Below are positions 46,447 through 60,200 of a DNA stretch of 64,000 bases, piece by piece. A program made the position numbers and the translations under genes. The notes under the pieces are model-generated. The model made no database searches. It saw only the letters and a list, made by a program, of their open reading frames with translations, and was not told the DNA's origin. Positions within the stretch are counted from its first letter, which is position 1. Each line of letters opens with the position of its first letter. Source of the stretch: Takakia lepidozioides (taxonomy: Eukaryota > Plantae > Bryophyta); the NCBI GenBank assembly GCA_030704615.1, contig CM060733.1, positions 60,016,001 to 60,080,000 of the forward strand. The letters run 5' to 3'.

Positions 46447-47946
46447 TCATCCATGTCTCTCAGGATGCTTTACCCGCATCCTCTTTGGCTGATGCCTAAG
46501 CTTCATGCCAGCCACTCTCTTCTTGATCATCGGAAACCTGCTATCATCAGCTCTCGTCTCATGTAACTTAGGCATAGGTACAGGCAACACTCTGGTGCAA
46601 ATCGAACTCCCATGCCTTATCCTCAACAAGCGAGGATGTGCTCCACAAACCAGCCCTTCTTCTTCTATACTGCCTGGCGTGACATAAGCTCTCCTGATAA
46701 CGCATTGTTCCACCTGCTTTGCTAGCAGGGCTTCGAGCTTTTCTTTGCAACCCGAAGAGACTTGAGGGTATAATAACACATTCATTTCCTTCTCAAATCG
46801 AGCAATGTCCAACATTATATTTGTTGTATGAGTGAAGCATGAACCTATATCTTGCGGTGGAGCCTGGATGCTTGTCTGGAAGTATCTGTGGGCAAGAGCC
46901 TCCTCAGCAGTGCAACGATTTGCAGAATCAAAACAGAGCATGCGCAGGAGAAGATCGATCGCATCGGTGTCCACCTGACCTATCAAACTCGGAGCTAAAC
47001 GTCCAGCTCTCCCAGGAAGCTTCTTCAAATATTCCCGCCATGATGTAGACGGTAGCATGGACACATCTCGCCAACTTGGTGTGCCTATAATATCAAAAAT
47101 GAATTCTAATTGCTGGTGCCGCTCTGAATCACAGTCCTCATCGGTAAACAACTCCCCTTCATGTGGGGTGGCTGGTTCGTGGCCCCTAAAAAGGCTTTGT
47201 GATCTGCCCCATACCTGAGAAAGGAGGAGCTCCCCAAAGATGCATCCCACCGACCATATGTCAATTGCTGAAGTATACTCCCCCTCGGACATGATCACTT
47301 CGGGTGCACGATGTGTGGGAGTCACCACGGTCTTAGTATAGTGACGCTTCCCACTGTCCATCTCCTTAGGTGACCGTATGCATGGGCAAGGAGGCTCAAA
47401 CGTAGCCTCACCTTGTGCAGCTGCAGCCCGGGATAGACCAAAATCGCACAATACGACTCGTCCTTCCTTCAAAAGTAGGTTCTCCGCCTTGATATCCCTA
47501 TGCCACACATTGCAAGAGTGCAGGTACTGAACAGCTTGCAATACGCCTTTGATGATAGATTGCACTGTAGACGCTGGCATAGGCTCAACCTGATTAGCCA
47601 GACGATCAGCAAGGTCTCCCCCTTCTGCGAATTCAGTAACCATGTAGAGGTCGGTGCGCCCCATTGTGTGCACACTGAACACCTCCTTGAAAGAGATAAC
47701 ATTGGGATGGGCCAAATGTTGGAGGATACAAACCTCCCTCAATTCCTGTTTGGCCATTTGTGCGCAGCTAAACACATCCTCCACCCTCTTGATAGCCACC
47801 ACTTGGTGGAGTTCAAGATCCAAAGCTCTACAAACATCTCCGTATGATCCAGAGCCAAGTCGAGATAGAATCTGATACCTATCCCCCACTTCCCAAGTCC
47901 GGGTGCCCACTAGGTACACCCCTTTGCTTGTATCCATGCACTCCAT
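46447..47946 (-). CDS. Atypical MAPK-like (CMGC) Ser/Thr kinase, single-exon ORF of 499 aa
   Basis: GSGSYG, VAIKR, LREVCIL, HRDIKAEN, DFG, APE, IDIWSVGCIFGELL, QLEFIFDIIGTP and R.TAEEALAHRYF are all present. The activation segment ends HYTKTVVTPTHRAPE. Confidence 0.92.
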   Translation of the reverse strand: MECMDTSKGVYLVGTRTWEVGDRYQILSRLGSGSYGDVCRALDLELHQVVAIKRVEDVFSCAQMAKQELREVCILQHLAHPNVISFKEVFSVHTMGRTDLYMVTEFAEGGDLADRLANQVEPMPASTVQSIIKGVLQAVQYLHSCNVWHRDIKAENLLLKEGRVVLCDFGLSRAAAAQGEATFEPPCPCIRSPKEMDSGKRHYTKTVVTPTHRAPEVIMSEGEYTSAIDIWSVGCIFGELLLSQVWGRSQSLFRGHEPATPHEGELFTDEDCDSERHQQLEFIFDIIGTPSWRDVSMLPSTSWREYLKKLPGRAGRLAPSLIGQVDTDAIDLLLRMLCFDSANRCTAEEALAHRYFQTSIQAPPQDIGSCFTHTTNIMLDIARFEKEMNVLLYPQVSSGCKEKLEALLAKQVEQCVIRRAYVTPGSIEEEGLVCGAHPRLLRIRHGSSICTRVLPVPMPKLHETRADDSRFPMIKKRVAGMKLRHQPKRMRVKHPERHG

Positions 47947-50900
47947 GATAGCTTTAACCAGATCTCCCGACTGTGAAATTGTATAAACAAACTATGCTCT
48001 CACTACAGCTGCAAACAAAAGTATGCTCGCCAGCGTAAGTATGTCATCTCAACAAGTTTGACTAAATTTGGAATTCACAACTTTTTTGGGCTCTGCTCTA
48101 TTTTGGGCAAAAGTAAGTTGTTTTATGTCTTTCTCTCTGGTACCATTTCAGCACATCTATGAGGGCCTGAGCCGTTCGAGGCAAAACAGTCGAGCGCTTC
48201 TTATAGTCGAGCACCAAACCATGGAGTGCGAACTGCTAGCATTACTCCTGCGGTTTCTCTGGCATTCCTTTCCCGATCCCAATTCATTTTTTCTTGCAAG
48301 CTGCTCAAGAACGTCTCTCCAGCAAAGACTTCAGCCGGAGGATCGTGAATCACATGGTTCCGTAGGGCACGTCCTGCTGCTGTTTGACAGGCACTCCTTT
48401 CGAGGACATCCCGCTGTGAATCTAATGAGCTGTGCAACTATCGAATGGTTTCCAATTCACCTTCAGAGAGAAACTCCTTCAATTTATAGTGCTTCACTAT
48501 GAGTTTTGTCAGTGAGTTTGTCACGACTGGAGCGGTCTTCGAGTCCTTCTATAGAATCGTAACCAGCTGTCAAGGTATGTTGTTCCTGTTCGGATTGAAG
48601 TGGCTCACCATTATTTATGGAGCGAACTCCGATAGCACTCATATTAATTAACAGTTGTAGCTTCCTACTTGCAAGATGTACGATGTGAAGCCTTTCAGAC
48701 CATGACGTCAAGGTTGCAGCAGGCACGGCCACAGCGCTCCGCAGCAAAGCGCACACCACCTTCGCAGATATATATTCCGAAAGGCGCATGGAGACAGCAC
48801 ACTTACGCTTCGAAATTGCGGTGTCAGCACCGCAAGTGCTGGCATACTCTGCTCTTGCGCTCCCCTTCAACTTCCCTCCCATCAATAATACCTCCACCTA
48901 ATTCGACTCTGCAGCACTCATAAAACTTCCCAGCCCATTCCGCACAATCCCTCTCTTTATTATACTTCCCGTCCCAGAGCTACAGTATTGAGCCATTGGC
49001 GTGGCAGGCGCCATGAGCTGCGTGGTGAGCTATGGCAGAATTCTAAGCTTGACAACCAACTGCACTCTGGAGATCTGTCTCCTGTAATCTCTGTTGCTCT
49101 GGTATGTCAACCCTCTCAAACTTCTGAGCCTACCTCCACCACCTCTCACCTAATCCTCTCTCACTTTGAATTGGAAGGTAGCTGACTCTTGCTCGAAAGC
49201 AGTTGACATTGATGAATGATATCTAATTAATTGATTGCTCCTGCATTGTATCTCTCAAACAGCTGACCTTGCTGTTTGACCCAGCACCTCTAAGAACCTC
49301 TTCCCAGTATGTGTTGAAACACAGAAAACCTCTTGCCAGTGTACTAATCTGATCAGACAGACTCATTACAGACAAACAGACTCAGTTGAAACACCAAGAG
49401 CTTCTTCAGAAAGATATCTTCCTCAACATTTCTCAAATATTTGGATCTGTCAATTGAAATTCACAAGTTGTTGGTGGAGCATTGAACCTATTTGAGGTGG
49501 CAAAGAAAGAGAAACTATATATGGCCCAAGGAAAGCTCAAAGAGTCTATGGGACAGAAGAAAAGCAACAAACAAGGAAAAAAGTGGGGGCCTGAAAAGGA
49601 ACCACAAAGCTCTGAGCACTCAAAAACTCCCTTTGTGTGTTAATATAGTGACACCAAGCAGAGGTACCTCATTGTTGGATTACGTTGCTGTGCCCCCAGC
49701 GATTCTAGATTACAGCCTGGGTGCGTGATGGGGGGGAAGTTATACAGTATCATTGTGTCATGACGAGCATAAATAGCTATGTATGAATACTTGAAAGATT
49801 CAGTGAATAAACTTTTCTTTTTCTTTTTCTTGCGAATGGATTTGGCAAGCTGAACCTCATCAACGTGCATGAAAAAATCATGACAATGGTGGCCTACCAA
49901 AGCATGTCACATGGCCAGGAAAGCAAGAAACAACAGTCATGGGTGCTACCCTTGATGTAGTATCATTCCCGTGCTTGAGGGCATTTCTGGGGGTGAGGCC
50001 ATCCCATGACCTTAGTGGTTAGAAACATAGGACTTCAATATATTAAGAGGGAGCACTTTCAGGTCACCAGTAAATAATTGTGAGGTCTTTACAGTGCCCT
50101 CAAGGATCCACAGATGTATGATCACCTGAGGTAGAAACTAAAGTTTGTTTAACGTCCAGTGAATTTACAGAGCCTACTGCTCAACACACAGCCCATTACT
50201 TCCGGGTAAGGTAGAAGTAATGTCCATGTCGATCAGGCTTGGTGGCCAATTCTTTACTATTTCCACAGGACATCACCCAGTCAGAGGCAAAACTATAGGA
50301 GCTCTAACAAAGCCGTGTCCTACAGCATCCTAGCACAGATGAAATCCAAGGATAGAGCATTGTGATCTTGGTTACATACAAAAACCACAGTATGCAGTTG
50401 CAAACACGTGTTATGCACGCCATACTTCCACATTGTATATACATTTGGTGTGTCATGTGCAGTACTGCAATCAGTGCTTCAAGAATAGCACAGTATCATG
50501 GTATTACACTGCCAACTTCTGTATCACATGCAATCAACCTGGTATAAGATTGTTGATGGCTGGAGCATGCGCTTTGGCAATCCATATCCTGACACTGACA
50601 CAACATTTTGAGAGACAGCTTGGAAATGTAGCAGAGCTCCTCGGTGTGTTACACATCTACTGCACATCCATTCAAGACAAATGATCAACCAACCAAATGA
50701 ACCTCATCAAAGGAGGTGAAAGGGCTTGTATTTTACAGTGTCAATGAATCATTTTCTTGAAAGCTACTACTTACACCTTCACCTGTGATGGACTCTATCT
50801 GGGAGCCAGAGCTAAGACTGAAAAGACGACTAGACCCCAGAGCAGCATAACCCTTTCTTACAGCACCCACGATTGCTTGGTCCTTGCTGAACACTCGTAA

Positions 50901-51267
50901 GACCTACAGCCATATAGAGGGAGGGGTGCCCAGTTTTCATGTATGCTTGCATTCATGACAGAAGGCAAGCTAGCAAGATAAGTCGCAAAAGCAATTGTGG
51001 AGCAACAGCCGGCTTCCAGATCTAGTGCTACCCGGTCATTCCCTATACTAGCTAAGCAAGGCAAGGCTATTCACAAACAGAGCAATCTGGCTTTGGCTCT
51101 GAAGAATATGAATTGAAATGAAAATTAAGCTCTACCCTATCAATTCTGTCTGTATAAAATGGCCCTCCAAACCATTCCAAGTAACAGCCTCACCTACCAA
51201 GCTCTCCCACCCTGCCTCCAGTCGACTAAAGCACCTTTATTTCCACAAAGCTCCGTCACAAAATCAT

Positions 51268-54200
51268 TCAAGATAGGTCAAACGACCCTTGGCCTTCGCA
51301 AATCGCATACAGCAACCTTTCCCTCATAACCTCCTGCATATCACCAAGAGAAATACTTAGGGATGGTTCGAGCCACTTTATACAGTTGACCATATTAGCC
51401 ATAGCTGCTGCACAAACTCACCTTGCAGGAATATGGAGGCAGCTTCAGATAATTGGCACAAGTCATCACGCTTGGTAGATCCCCATCTGCCAATGTGGTG
51501 CCCAAGCCTGTAGCAGTTCCTGGTGGTGTTGATCCCAGCAGAGTCCCACTCACTCCCGTAGGATGCTGCCCATGACATCCACAACGACCAAATCAGTACA
51601 TATTTCACCCTTCTTGAGCTAAAAGAGTCTTGCAACAGAACAACTTTGAGCTCAGCAAAGTACAGAAGATTTCCTCTGGCCACAATAATCGGATTGGCAA
51701 GTCGAAGTTTTGTCGAGTGGTGTGCCCTTGAATATAAACGTTTTCTCCAGAGGGTGCACCCAAAAGTATAAACCAACGGCCACAATTCTCATTCACTGGA
51801 CTTACCTTCCGCACAATTGTGAGCTTGGGGTTTAGTGCAGCAAGTCCACCAGGTGGGAGGCGCGGGGCTCCCGTTACGAACCGTAGGAAGGCCCGTTGCT
51901 CATCAGGGGTGAATTCGCCCATAATCTCCAGCAGCTGCAATGACAAACTGACTGTCAAACACAATCTCGCGTACCTAACCAGAACACCATCTGACACTTT
52001 TCTTCAGAAACCAGAGCAACCTGAGCAAAATTACTAGAGAATGGACAATCACTGACAGAAGATGTGTACGTACATTCCGAATAGGTGGGCTGCTGGCAGT
52101 ATAGCCATGGTCAAACTTCATGAGATCTGCAAGTGTCTCCGGCTACCACAAACAAAACAAATCATACAACCATTAATTCAACCTTATTGGACAGGGCATG
52201 CCACCAGCCAGCACCAAAACCCATCACAGGGAGGATAACATGCAGGAACAAAGAAGCTTCAGTATAGGAGCAGATCCACAACTGCTCACCTGCCACATTT
52301 CCCGTCGACCGCAAAGTAGATATTCCAGTTCGTCCTCACTAAAAATTTGCAAGGAAGACAGCTGAAACACCTGCATATGCCAAATTACAATGTTCAGTCC
52401 AGGCACAGTCTATCCTGTGGTCATGCAGACCACTAGATAGAACAAGGGGCACAATGTCAAGAAACCATACACTGTATGCAGCTTTTTAACACCATCCGCC
52501 AACTAGAAACTTACCTGATTGAAGCCTGCACGGAACGCCTCAATTTGGGCTGCAATGCCAGTTTTAACAGTTGCATCTACAACCAATGACACATATTCTT
52601 CCAGGTTGTCCAGTACGACCTGCAATAGAAATGAGCAGTCCATCAAATCCATCAAATTGTGAACTCTTTATAGCAGTGGCACCTCACATGCCTCCAAGAC
52701 TATGCGGCGTCATTTTTACTGCAATGACACCATGCCGCAGACCAAGGGGCTACCAATAACGTCCAGAAAGAACAGGACTGCACTGGGTCCACAAGAGGGT
52801 GCTGAAGGAGATCAAGAGCAGGTGAAGAACATCAATGAATGCAAGGATTCTTTTTATCTGTTAACCTACTCAAGAACTGGGATAGTAAAGTGGGAGGAGA
52901 AGGTCACTAACTCCAGACAAAACAAGGCAGAGTGCAAGGCAGAATAAATTAGGGAACTGACAGTGGAGTTTGTTCGAAAGACAGCATTTTAAACTTGAGT
53001 CATGAAAATAAAACCATAAAAAAAATCAGTCAAGTGTAAGAGCAAATTAAAACTCATGGATGTCCTGAAGACTGAAAGGTCAACAAACCAGGCGTAAAAG
53101 GGAGTTATTACCACAATGTCCCCTCCACTAGGTTTCAGTACATAGTCGGTATATCCTGGAAGCGTGAAGTCCAGGTAGAGATCCTCCAACTTAGACCCCC
53201 GAAAGCGCAGTGCATCAATCAACTGATGCTCATCGCCAGCTGCATTTTCCAAAAACAGTTTTCTTCTAACTAAGACTTGCATTTCCAGCAGCGTTCGCCC
53301 CAGCTCTGGATCTATGGTTTGTACGTCATACAAATCCAACTCCTGTAAACACAACAGACACCCCTCCCCATCTGCTGTTTTACAACCAGCTCACATAGCA
53401 TTGCCTCACTGTTTTAATTTACTAGATTTCCTCATTGAGTGTTTGTTTTACTGTCCAAGTTTGAGTTGCGGCGTTACTAACTCATGCCAAGAAAGCACAA
53501 AGAACAGATCTTAATAGGAAGACCACTACACGACCTCACCTGACCAAGCACAAGCTTATAGAAGAGGGTTGACAGTGGTAAGTCCAGAAGCCGTCCATCT
53601 TGAAGAGCCTTGCCCATGACACGCCCAAGCAGCCGAAAATGCTCAAGAACTTTTCCATATTTGCTGTTTCCTGTCACATCTACACTGGGCCAGGGACGTG
53701 GAAATAAGCCATGTGGCGCATATACATAATCCCCATTGCTGTGAGGAGGGTCCAGGCTAATTTGCTGTGGTTCAACAGCAGAGATGTCATCTATGCTGTC
53801 ATCAACCATTTCCACATCAGTTGATTGGCCATCCACTGCCATAACTGTGTTCGACTCTGCGCGCCACAAATCTAATGAACTTTTTTGCAGTTCATGACTA
53901 AGTAGAGTGTAGAACTCAAGGGTGGGCCCCAAACCAGTGCCCACCTCCCCAAAATATTCGACTTCCAGCACCGCCTTGTGACCTGAGTAGAGTTCCATGA
54001 CCTTAGCTGCAGAATCCAAAATGCGATTTCTGGACACCCGTACCTTCTGCCGTTGTAACCTACCCACCCGTAGTTCGCGGTCATTAGGAGCAGCAGGCCC
54101 ATCAGCACTCTGCTGTTGTTGCAAACGCTGCAGTGCGCGAGATAGCCCAAAAGCTGTTGAATGAAAATACTGCCTCCTTGTCTCAAATGGAAAGAGGAAG

Positions 54201-57200
54201 GGGCAGGCACGTGTGAGTTGGTGACACCATGCAGGCAGCCCACCACTGCATAAGGCCAATGCGTCTTGCATTTGCCGTGCTAGCTTCGGTGTTAATTTAC
54301 TACTCAGAAACTCCTCCCTGGGCACCAAAGGACCTGCCACTTCGACTTCATTAAAACTCTCAGTAGTACCTTGGGCAAAGGCATCAGAGGCTCCTTGGGC
54401 TCGGAGGCGGGGTGCCAGCCGATTTAGGGCCTCCAACACACGAAGCAGTAAGAGGATACTGTAGGTGGAATTAGATTTGTCCAAGTCACAGGGAAGTTCT
54501 CCCTGCAATATACTGTCAAGTAGGGATGCCTGCTGCCAAGAACTCTCCATCCCAGGGCTGCTTGTTGGAATACTACTTGGGCCTGCACTGCCTACCTTGG
54601 CACTGGTGGAGGGTACTGGATCACCAGTCGTATCTGCCCTTTGATAGGTTATGGTGTACACCTCATCCCACAATCTGCGGCCACTTCCTGATGGATAGTC
54701 AGGTCCTGCATACCGCTCTTCCTCATCGTCATCAGCCACTGCCTGGCGCTGAATAGCTTGGAATATGGTCAACATTCTATTTAGTTGCTTGCCCCCCAAA
54801 GAAAATACAAGCTTGGGAGGGGCATTGGCAGCCATTGCTGCCAATGATCTCCTCTCCCGAGAACCAGCTCGCCCATTTATACCAGCCCCTGCCATAGCTG
54901 CTGCAGCAAAAGATAAAGAGCCCCTGGTCCCTACAGTCCTGATCCCACTTGTTTCGGCTCCTGATGTTAAGATAGCCGACCTGCTGACAACACTAACCCC
55001 CCCTACTGGCTCTGTCAGCACCTCACTTGTGGAGGCAACACCCCCAACCTCCACCCCATCTCCCAACTGAACATCGTGCACGCGTTCTCCTTTACAGATT
55101 GCAGCTGGATCCTCCCCAAAAACCTGGCCACTCCCACAGAGTTAGCTTTGACAGTAGTAACAGCAAATGCGACGAGGAACACCAAACCTGTGGATCTCAT
55201 TTATGGGCATCTTACCACCCGTTCATGTTTAAGGTGGTCATCTGCAAAGCACTGGAATAACTCAAGAGTTTGTAATTAGACTAACACTTGGTTAGATAGC
55301 TGCAATAATTGTGCTGGCAATTTTCAGGAATCTCAAGAACCCTTTCCATGACTTTCCATTAGGTTTGGCTTGGGTCACCCATGATGACTGGATGTCCTGC
55401 TGAAGTACTAACATTTGTTTGATCATGCCCGCCATTCAGCTTCAGTGTACTCAGACTTGGTCTAATACAATAGGTACCTTTCACTCTGTGACTGATAACA
55501 AGGTGGACAGCCAATTAGGCACAATTTTCTTTGTTCATATTACTCATGAGTTGGTTTGAGCAGACTCACATTGGTTGTGGCTGGCCGTCATTACTGAGAG
55601 TATGCTAGGAGCAGTCAGACAGCATACTTGGGTGGTGGAACAAGTGGATAAGGAGCTTCCTTAAACCTTATCATTGGCTTTTATATTTACTTCTAGGTTT
55701 TCGGGTCGTTCAACTTTCAAGACCTCTTTGAGATCTTGAACCTGACTTCCAAGTAGTAGAACTTCAAATTTTTCCTTACCCTTATTATTCTCAAATTGAT
55801 CTGTGTCTACGAGTGTCTTATAAGAGCTGATGGCCTCCAAGGAAGAAGACTACATTAGCAATGTAGCAGGGTGCCTAACTGTTGCATAAGACAAGTAAAG
55901 GCTAGGGGTCCAAGCAATGAACCTAAGTGTGGGATCAGATAACTTACTTCGTCATGATCCTCCTCCTCATCTTCGTCTTCATCCTCAGATAGATCATCAT
56001 CATCCATAGTTACTGCCTCCTCAAGTTCAACAGGTGACACCTCAACCTCCTCATCCTGTATTACCGCGAAGGACCCTCCTGGTCAGAGCTAGCCTAACTG
56101 CCTCAGAAGTGTCTAGTTCTCAACTGGCCCCTAAAGAACCTGGTTGCTTGCATTAAAGACTGATACAACTGTGTGTTTCTGTGCAGTTCACAAGGGAATG
56201 GAGTTTCAAAACAGGGATAGAGTATCGAATGCCAGTTTTATGAGACGTACTATTATGTGCACAACCTGTGAATGATGATGTTGAATTGGCTGATGTTCAA
56301 TTGGCTAGAGAATAGAACAGAGTTCACAAATAGGAGTCTGCTTTCACAAACTCCCAGTGAACTCGATCAAAGGGCTTGCGCTAAATTTCTGAAGCACCAG
56401 CGAAAAAGGCAACTGAGAAAGAAGATAAATGGCTATGCACAATTTAGCCAAATGGTGGTGTGTAAACATCCCCAACTTTCCGGATGCCACTGTGTGAAGG
56501 TGAAACCTTAAGCCGCCAATGTGGATATGTGATAGAGTGAACTTCTACACTCAGTATTGTGGAAGCCTGCTTGTCAACTGTCTCTTGTCAATTTCTCAGT
56601 TAATGGTCTCAAAAGTATCTTAAATGATGCAATGGTTTCTAGTGGTCCTTCAGTCAAGGCCACTCTATGTTGCGTGTGCCAATCCTCGGTTAATTGCATA
56701 GCAGGATATACACCTCTGGGTTTCAGCCCAGCCTGTATACTGCCCAGATTGGCAATTCCTGCAGAGAAAGGTATTCCTTGTATACGACGGCTACCACTAG
56801 TGACGCCTGGACCACTGTGATCACGCATCAGAACAATGACCTCAATTGGCAATGCAGGGTGAATCCTACATCTGAGTCCACCAGACATGGGGCTCATCCA
56901 GTAGGCCAACGTGTAGGCTGTGTGTGTTTCTCTACAGGACTAGCACACTTGACCAAAACAGGAGGTAGGTGGCATGTCAAGCTGCTACCCAATTAGGGTG
57001 AGAAAGTAGCACCCACCTCACTTTCGCCCTCAGGAACAGCTTTAGCAGCTGAAGCACTGGCAGCTGCTGCACGTCTCCGAGCTGCTGCATTGCGAGTTTC
57101 AGGACCTCTCTGTTCCTCAGCACTGCGAACTCCTAAAGTGCCTCTGCTAACAGCTTTTCCCTTTCCTTTAGTGGTACTTGGATTGATGGCTGTGTCTGTT

Positions 57201-60200
57201 TCTTTACTGCCTCCACTGGTGGCAGCTGCAGCTGCAGATCTTGATCTAGTTGAGGGACGCCGCTCGGCAGCGGGCACAGAAATGGGTGTGGCAGCCTCTG
57301 ATGTACTTGCTGTTGCCACTGTGGTTGTTTCATGGCGTTTCACACGGGGCCAGAGGAAGTCTTCCACGGCGGTCAGAGTAGCCAATGGTTCTATAAGAAC
57401 AATGTTTGTTGCGTAATCTCGCAGAACCTTTTCCCCAGGAGCTCGGCAGAGGCGCAGTTTGAAGGGCTGTGTAAGGGCACTCAGCCCAGCAGCAATGCTG
57501 GCACTGCCACTAGAGGACCGAGGAGCATGGCTCAATACAACTGGGAACCTTTCCAAGGATGCAAGTGCATTCTGCAGCTTGCGCACCAGCAATGTAAGAG
57601 GTGTGGCTTCACTGGCAGTGCCAATGGGTGGAAGTGACACCCCTATAAACTGCTTCAACCTTCTTAATGCCTGCTGCCTCAAAGTCACATCACTCAGGCT
57701 ATCTGTTGTGGAGTTCCCACAGGAAAAGAAGTTCAGCAGCGCTCCTACCACTCCACTTCCTACAAATTCAAAGGTGGAAACCCCATCTCCTCCACCAAGT
57801 TCAGCAAGTAACTCAGACATCACTGTCAAGAGCTGCTCATCACTGATACCCCCTGTTCCTGCAGCCTTGGCCTTGCCTTTGCCCTTGCCCTTAACCTCAG
57901 GCACACTCTCACCATTCATCTTAGCACACAGACTCTGCAACTTGCACAGGCTCTCTGTAACACCTGCATCAGCAACGCCTGCATCGCCAGAAAAATACAT
58001 CTCTTTAAACCGCCTAGCACTTGCAATGGCAACTGCTCGCAATCCAGAACGTGCTGTACGCAATGCTGGCTCCGAAGCAGGAGGTGAACCGACTGGATTC
58101 AGTGCCGCACTGTTTGACAGGCCTGCCTCGTCCCCACCACCCTCTTTGTTGGTTACTGCTGACCCTCCTCTCCTCCTCCGTGGCCTTGGTGGTGGGGGCA
58201 CCCCCCCACTGGCACTAGCTGTTGCATCTGCTGACTTTGAGGCTTGGGAGGGAGATGAAGACACTACCTGGTCGGAGGCAATCAGCACATCAAGAGCATG
58301 CACAACTCCCTCCTTCACAAACATCTTGGAGAAGACATCAGGTAGCTTCTGCATGAGCATTTCTGCTATCTGCAGCGCTGTTATCAGGAGAGAGGCATCT
58401 TTTGATGCCAGAACACCTGCCAGGAAGCTGCACATACCAAAGGTCTTCTAATCAGCATCATTCCATTTGAGACGGAATCTTGTCCATTTGCACAAGCTTG
58501 ACTTAAAATGCCTTACCTCGAGATGTTAGACTCGTTCAGCAATGAGCGCAACATGTCAGATGTACTGAAGTGTAACAGCTTGTTGATAGCCGCAAGACAT
58601 TTATGCCGAACTGGGGGGTTCACGCTCGAACCATACACCTGTTTCAATTTAAAGCACACACCCCATATTAGTGTCTGAGTCGGAAACCCAACAATTAGCA
58701 AGGAGATGGATAAAAGAGGCATTCACCTGGACAAGCACCGGGAAGAGATCACTCCCAAACTGAACAAGGAGTTCTGGATGATTGCACAGTAGCTTCTCTC
58801 GGGGTGACACCTCTGCTGCTGTCCCTTGCCCAGCATCCTCCACTTTCCCAGCAATTGCAACTGCGGAGTACTTCCTTCCTGAGCCTCTGGACCCTGTACC
58901 TCCATTAGAGGTTGAAGCCACAGACGTTCCCTGGGCATCGGGCATGGGTGGCAGCAGCTCATTCACGAGCGTTACAATTTCATACAACTGCAGAGATGCA
59001 GAGCCACAACCTCATGTCACCCCCTCATGCCACCAAGATTGGAACATTGACATACCTATAACAGCAAGGAGGAGCTATTTATGATTGACCAAATGGTTGG
59101 AAGTGGGTGGATATTAAAAACACATTCATCCAGATGTGATAGTGTGACATTTCAACAGGGCCAGGTAACAATTGTGTCAGCAGGCAAATTCCACGACAGT
59201 CCAGAAAGCTTATGAGTTCGAAAACCTTCCGTCCAGTGGAATGTTGTCAACACCAGAAGATATTGCATGTCAGTCCCTGGGTCAATACCCATGCAAACTG
59301 ATGGGTAGAAATCAACACCTATGTACATGCATGCGCGCTGGATCCATTTGAGATATGTCAAAAGGCAGCATGCATGCCAGCATAGACAATCATGCCCAAT
59401 TGACATCAAAGATGTCACACTATACTGCACACTACTACATAGATAGTTCCCTGGCTCGGTCCCATCCACCAGCAACCTACATCTTGAATTCTCTTTTGCC
59501 TTAGTCTACAAGGAGACTGCACAGATTACTATTCTGCAAGTCCAGCTGCAATAGAAAGATGGCATGAAAAGTCAATAGGGACATCTACACCCAATTCAGG
59601 TGTCGAAATGTCAGAAATCAGTAACAAGATCGAAATAGCAAGCATCAAATCTATGTGAAACCACTAAGCTCTGAACTCACGTATGAAAAGATAAATGGGC
59701 AAGCATTGAAACAACTACACATGTGTAAGCTTGTCATTTGCCTTTTGTCTATTAGAGCTCCCAAGCAGAGCACACATTATGCCACTTTGCAAGACACTGT
59801 GGCTCAAGAACCCCTTCCCTCTAAGGAGGGCATGAACAGCCAGCCACAAGCTTACCTGCTCTGGAGGTCTATTTACAGATGAAGGAGACACAGTGGTGCT
59901 TGAAATAAGACCCGCTCCTGCTAAGATATCCTTCAGAATGCTGCTTATTCGCAGCAGAAGCAAACTCTCGGCTGCAGCTGCTGAACCACTGGCACAGGTT
60001 GACAGCAACCGAATCAACCCCTGCACAAACAAAAACCAAGAAAGCATATTACTATGTCCTGAATGCTCCGTTCTTATGCATAAGAGCAATGTATGCCAGT
60101 GGATAGAAACCAACATGTAAATCAATAAGTCGCTGCCATGACATTTACCGTGTATGTTGAAGTGCTGAGAGATGTCTGAGGGACCAAACTGCCAGACGAG

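Noticed and set aside
48001-48010. CACTA terminus (CACTACAGC)
   Set aside because: No subterminal repeats or partner end. On the minus strand it sits beside a likely splice acceptor (ttttgtttgcag) upstream of the kinase.
57090-58451. Long plus-strand ORFs (108 and 330 aa)
   Set aside because: Antisense shadows of a large UPL3 exon with no independent motifs.
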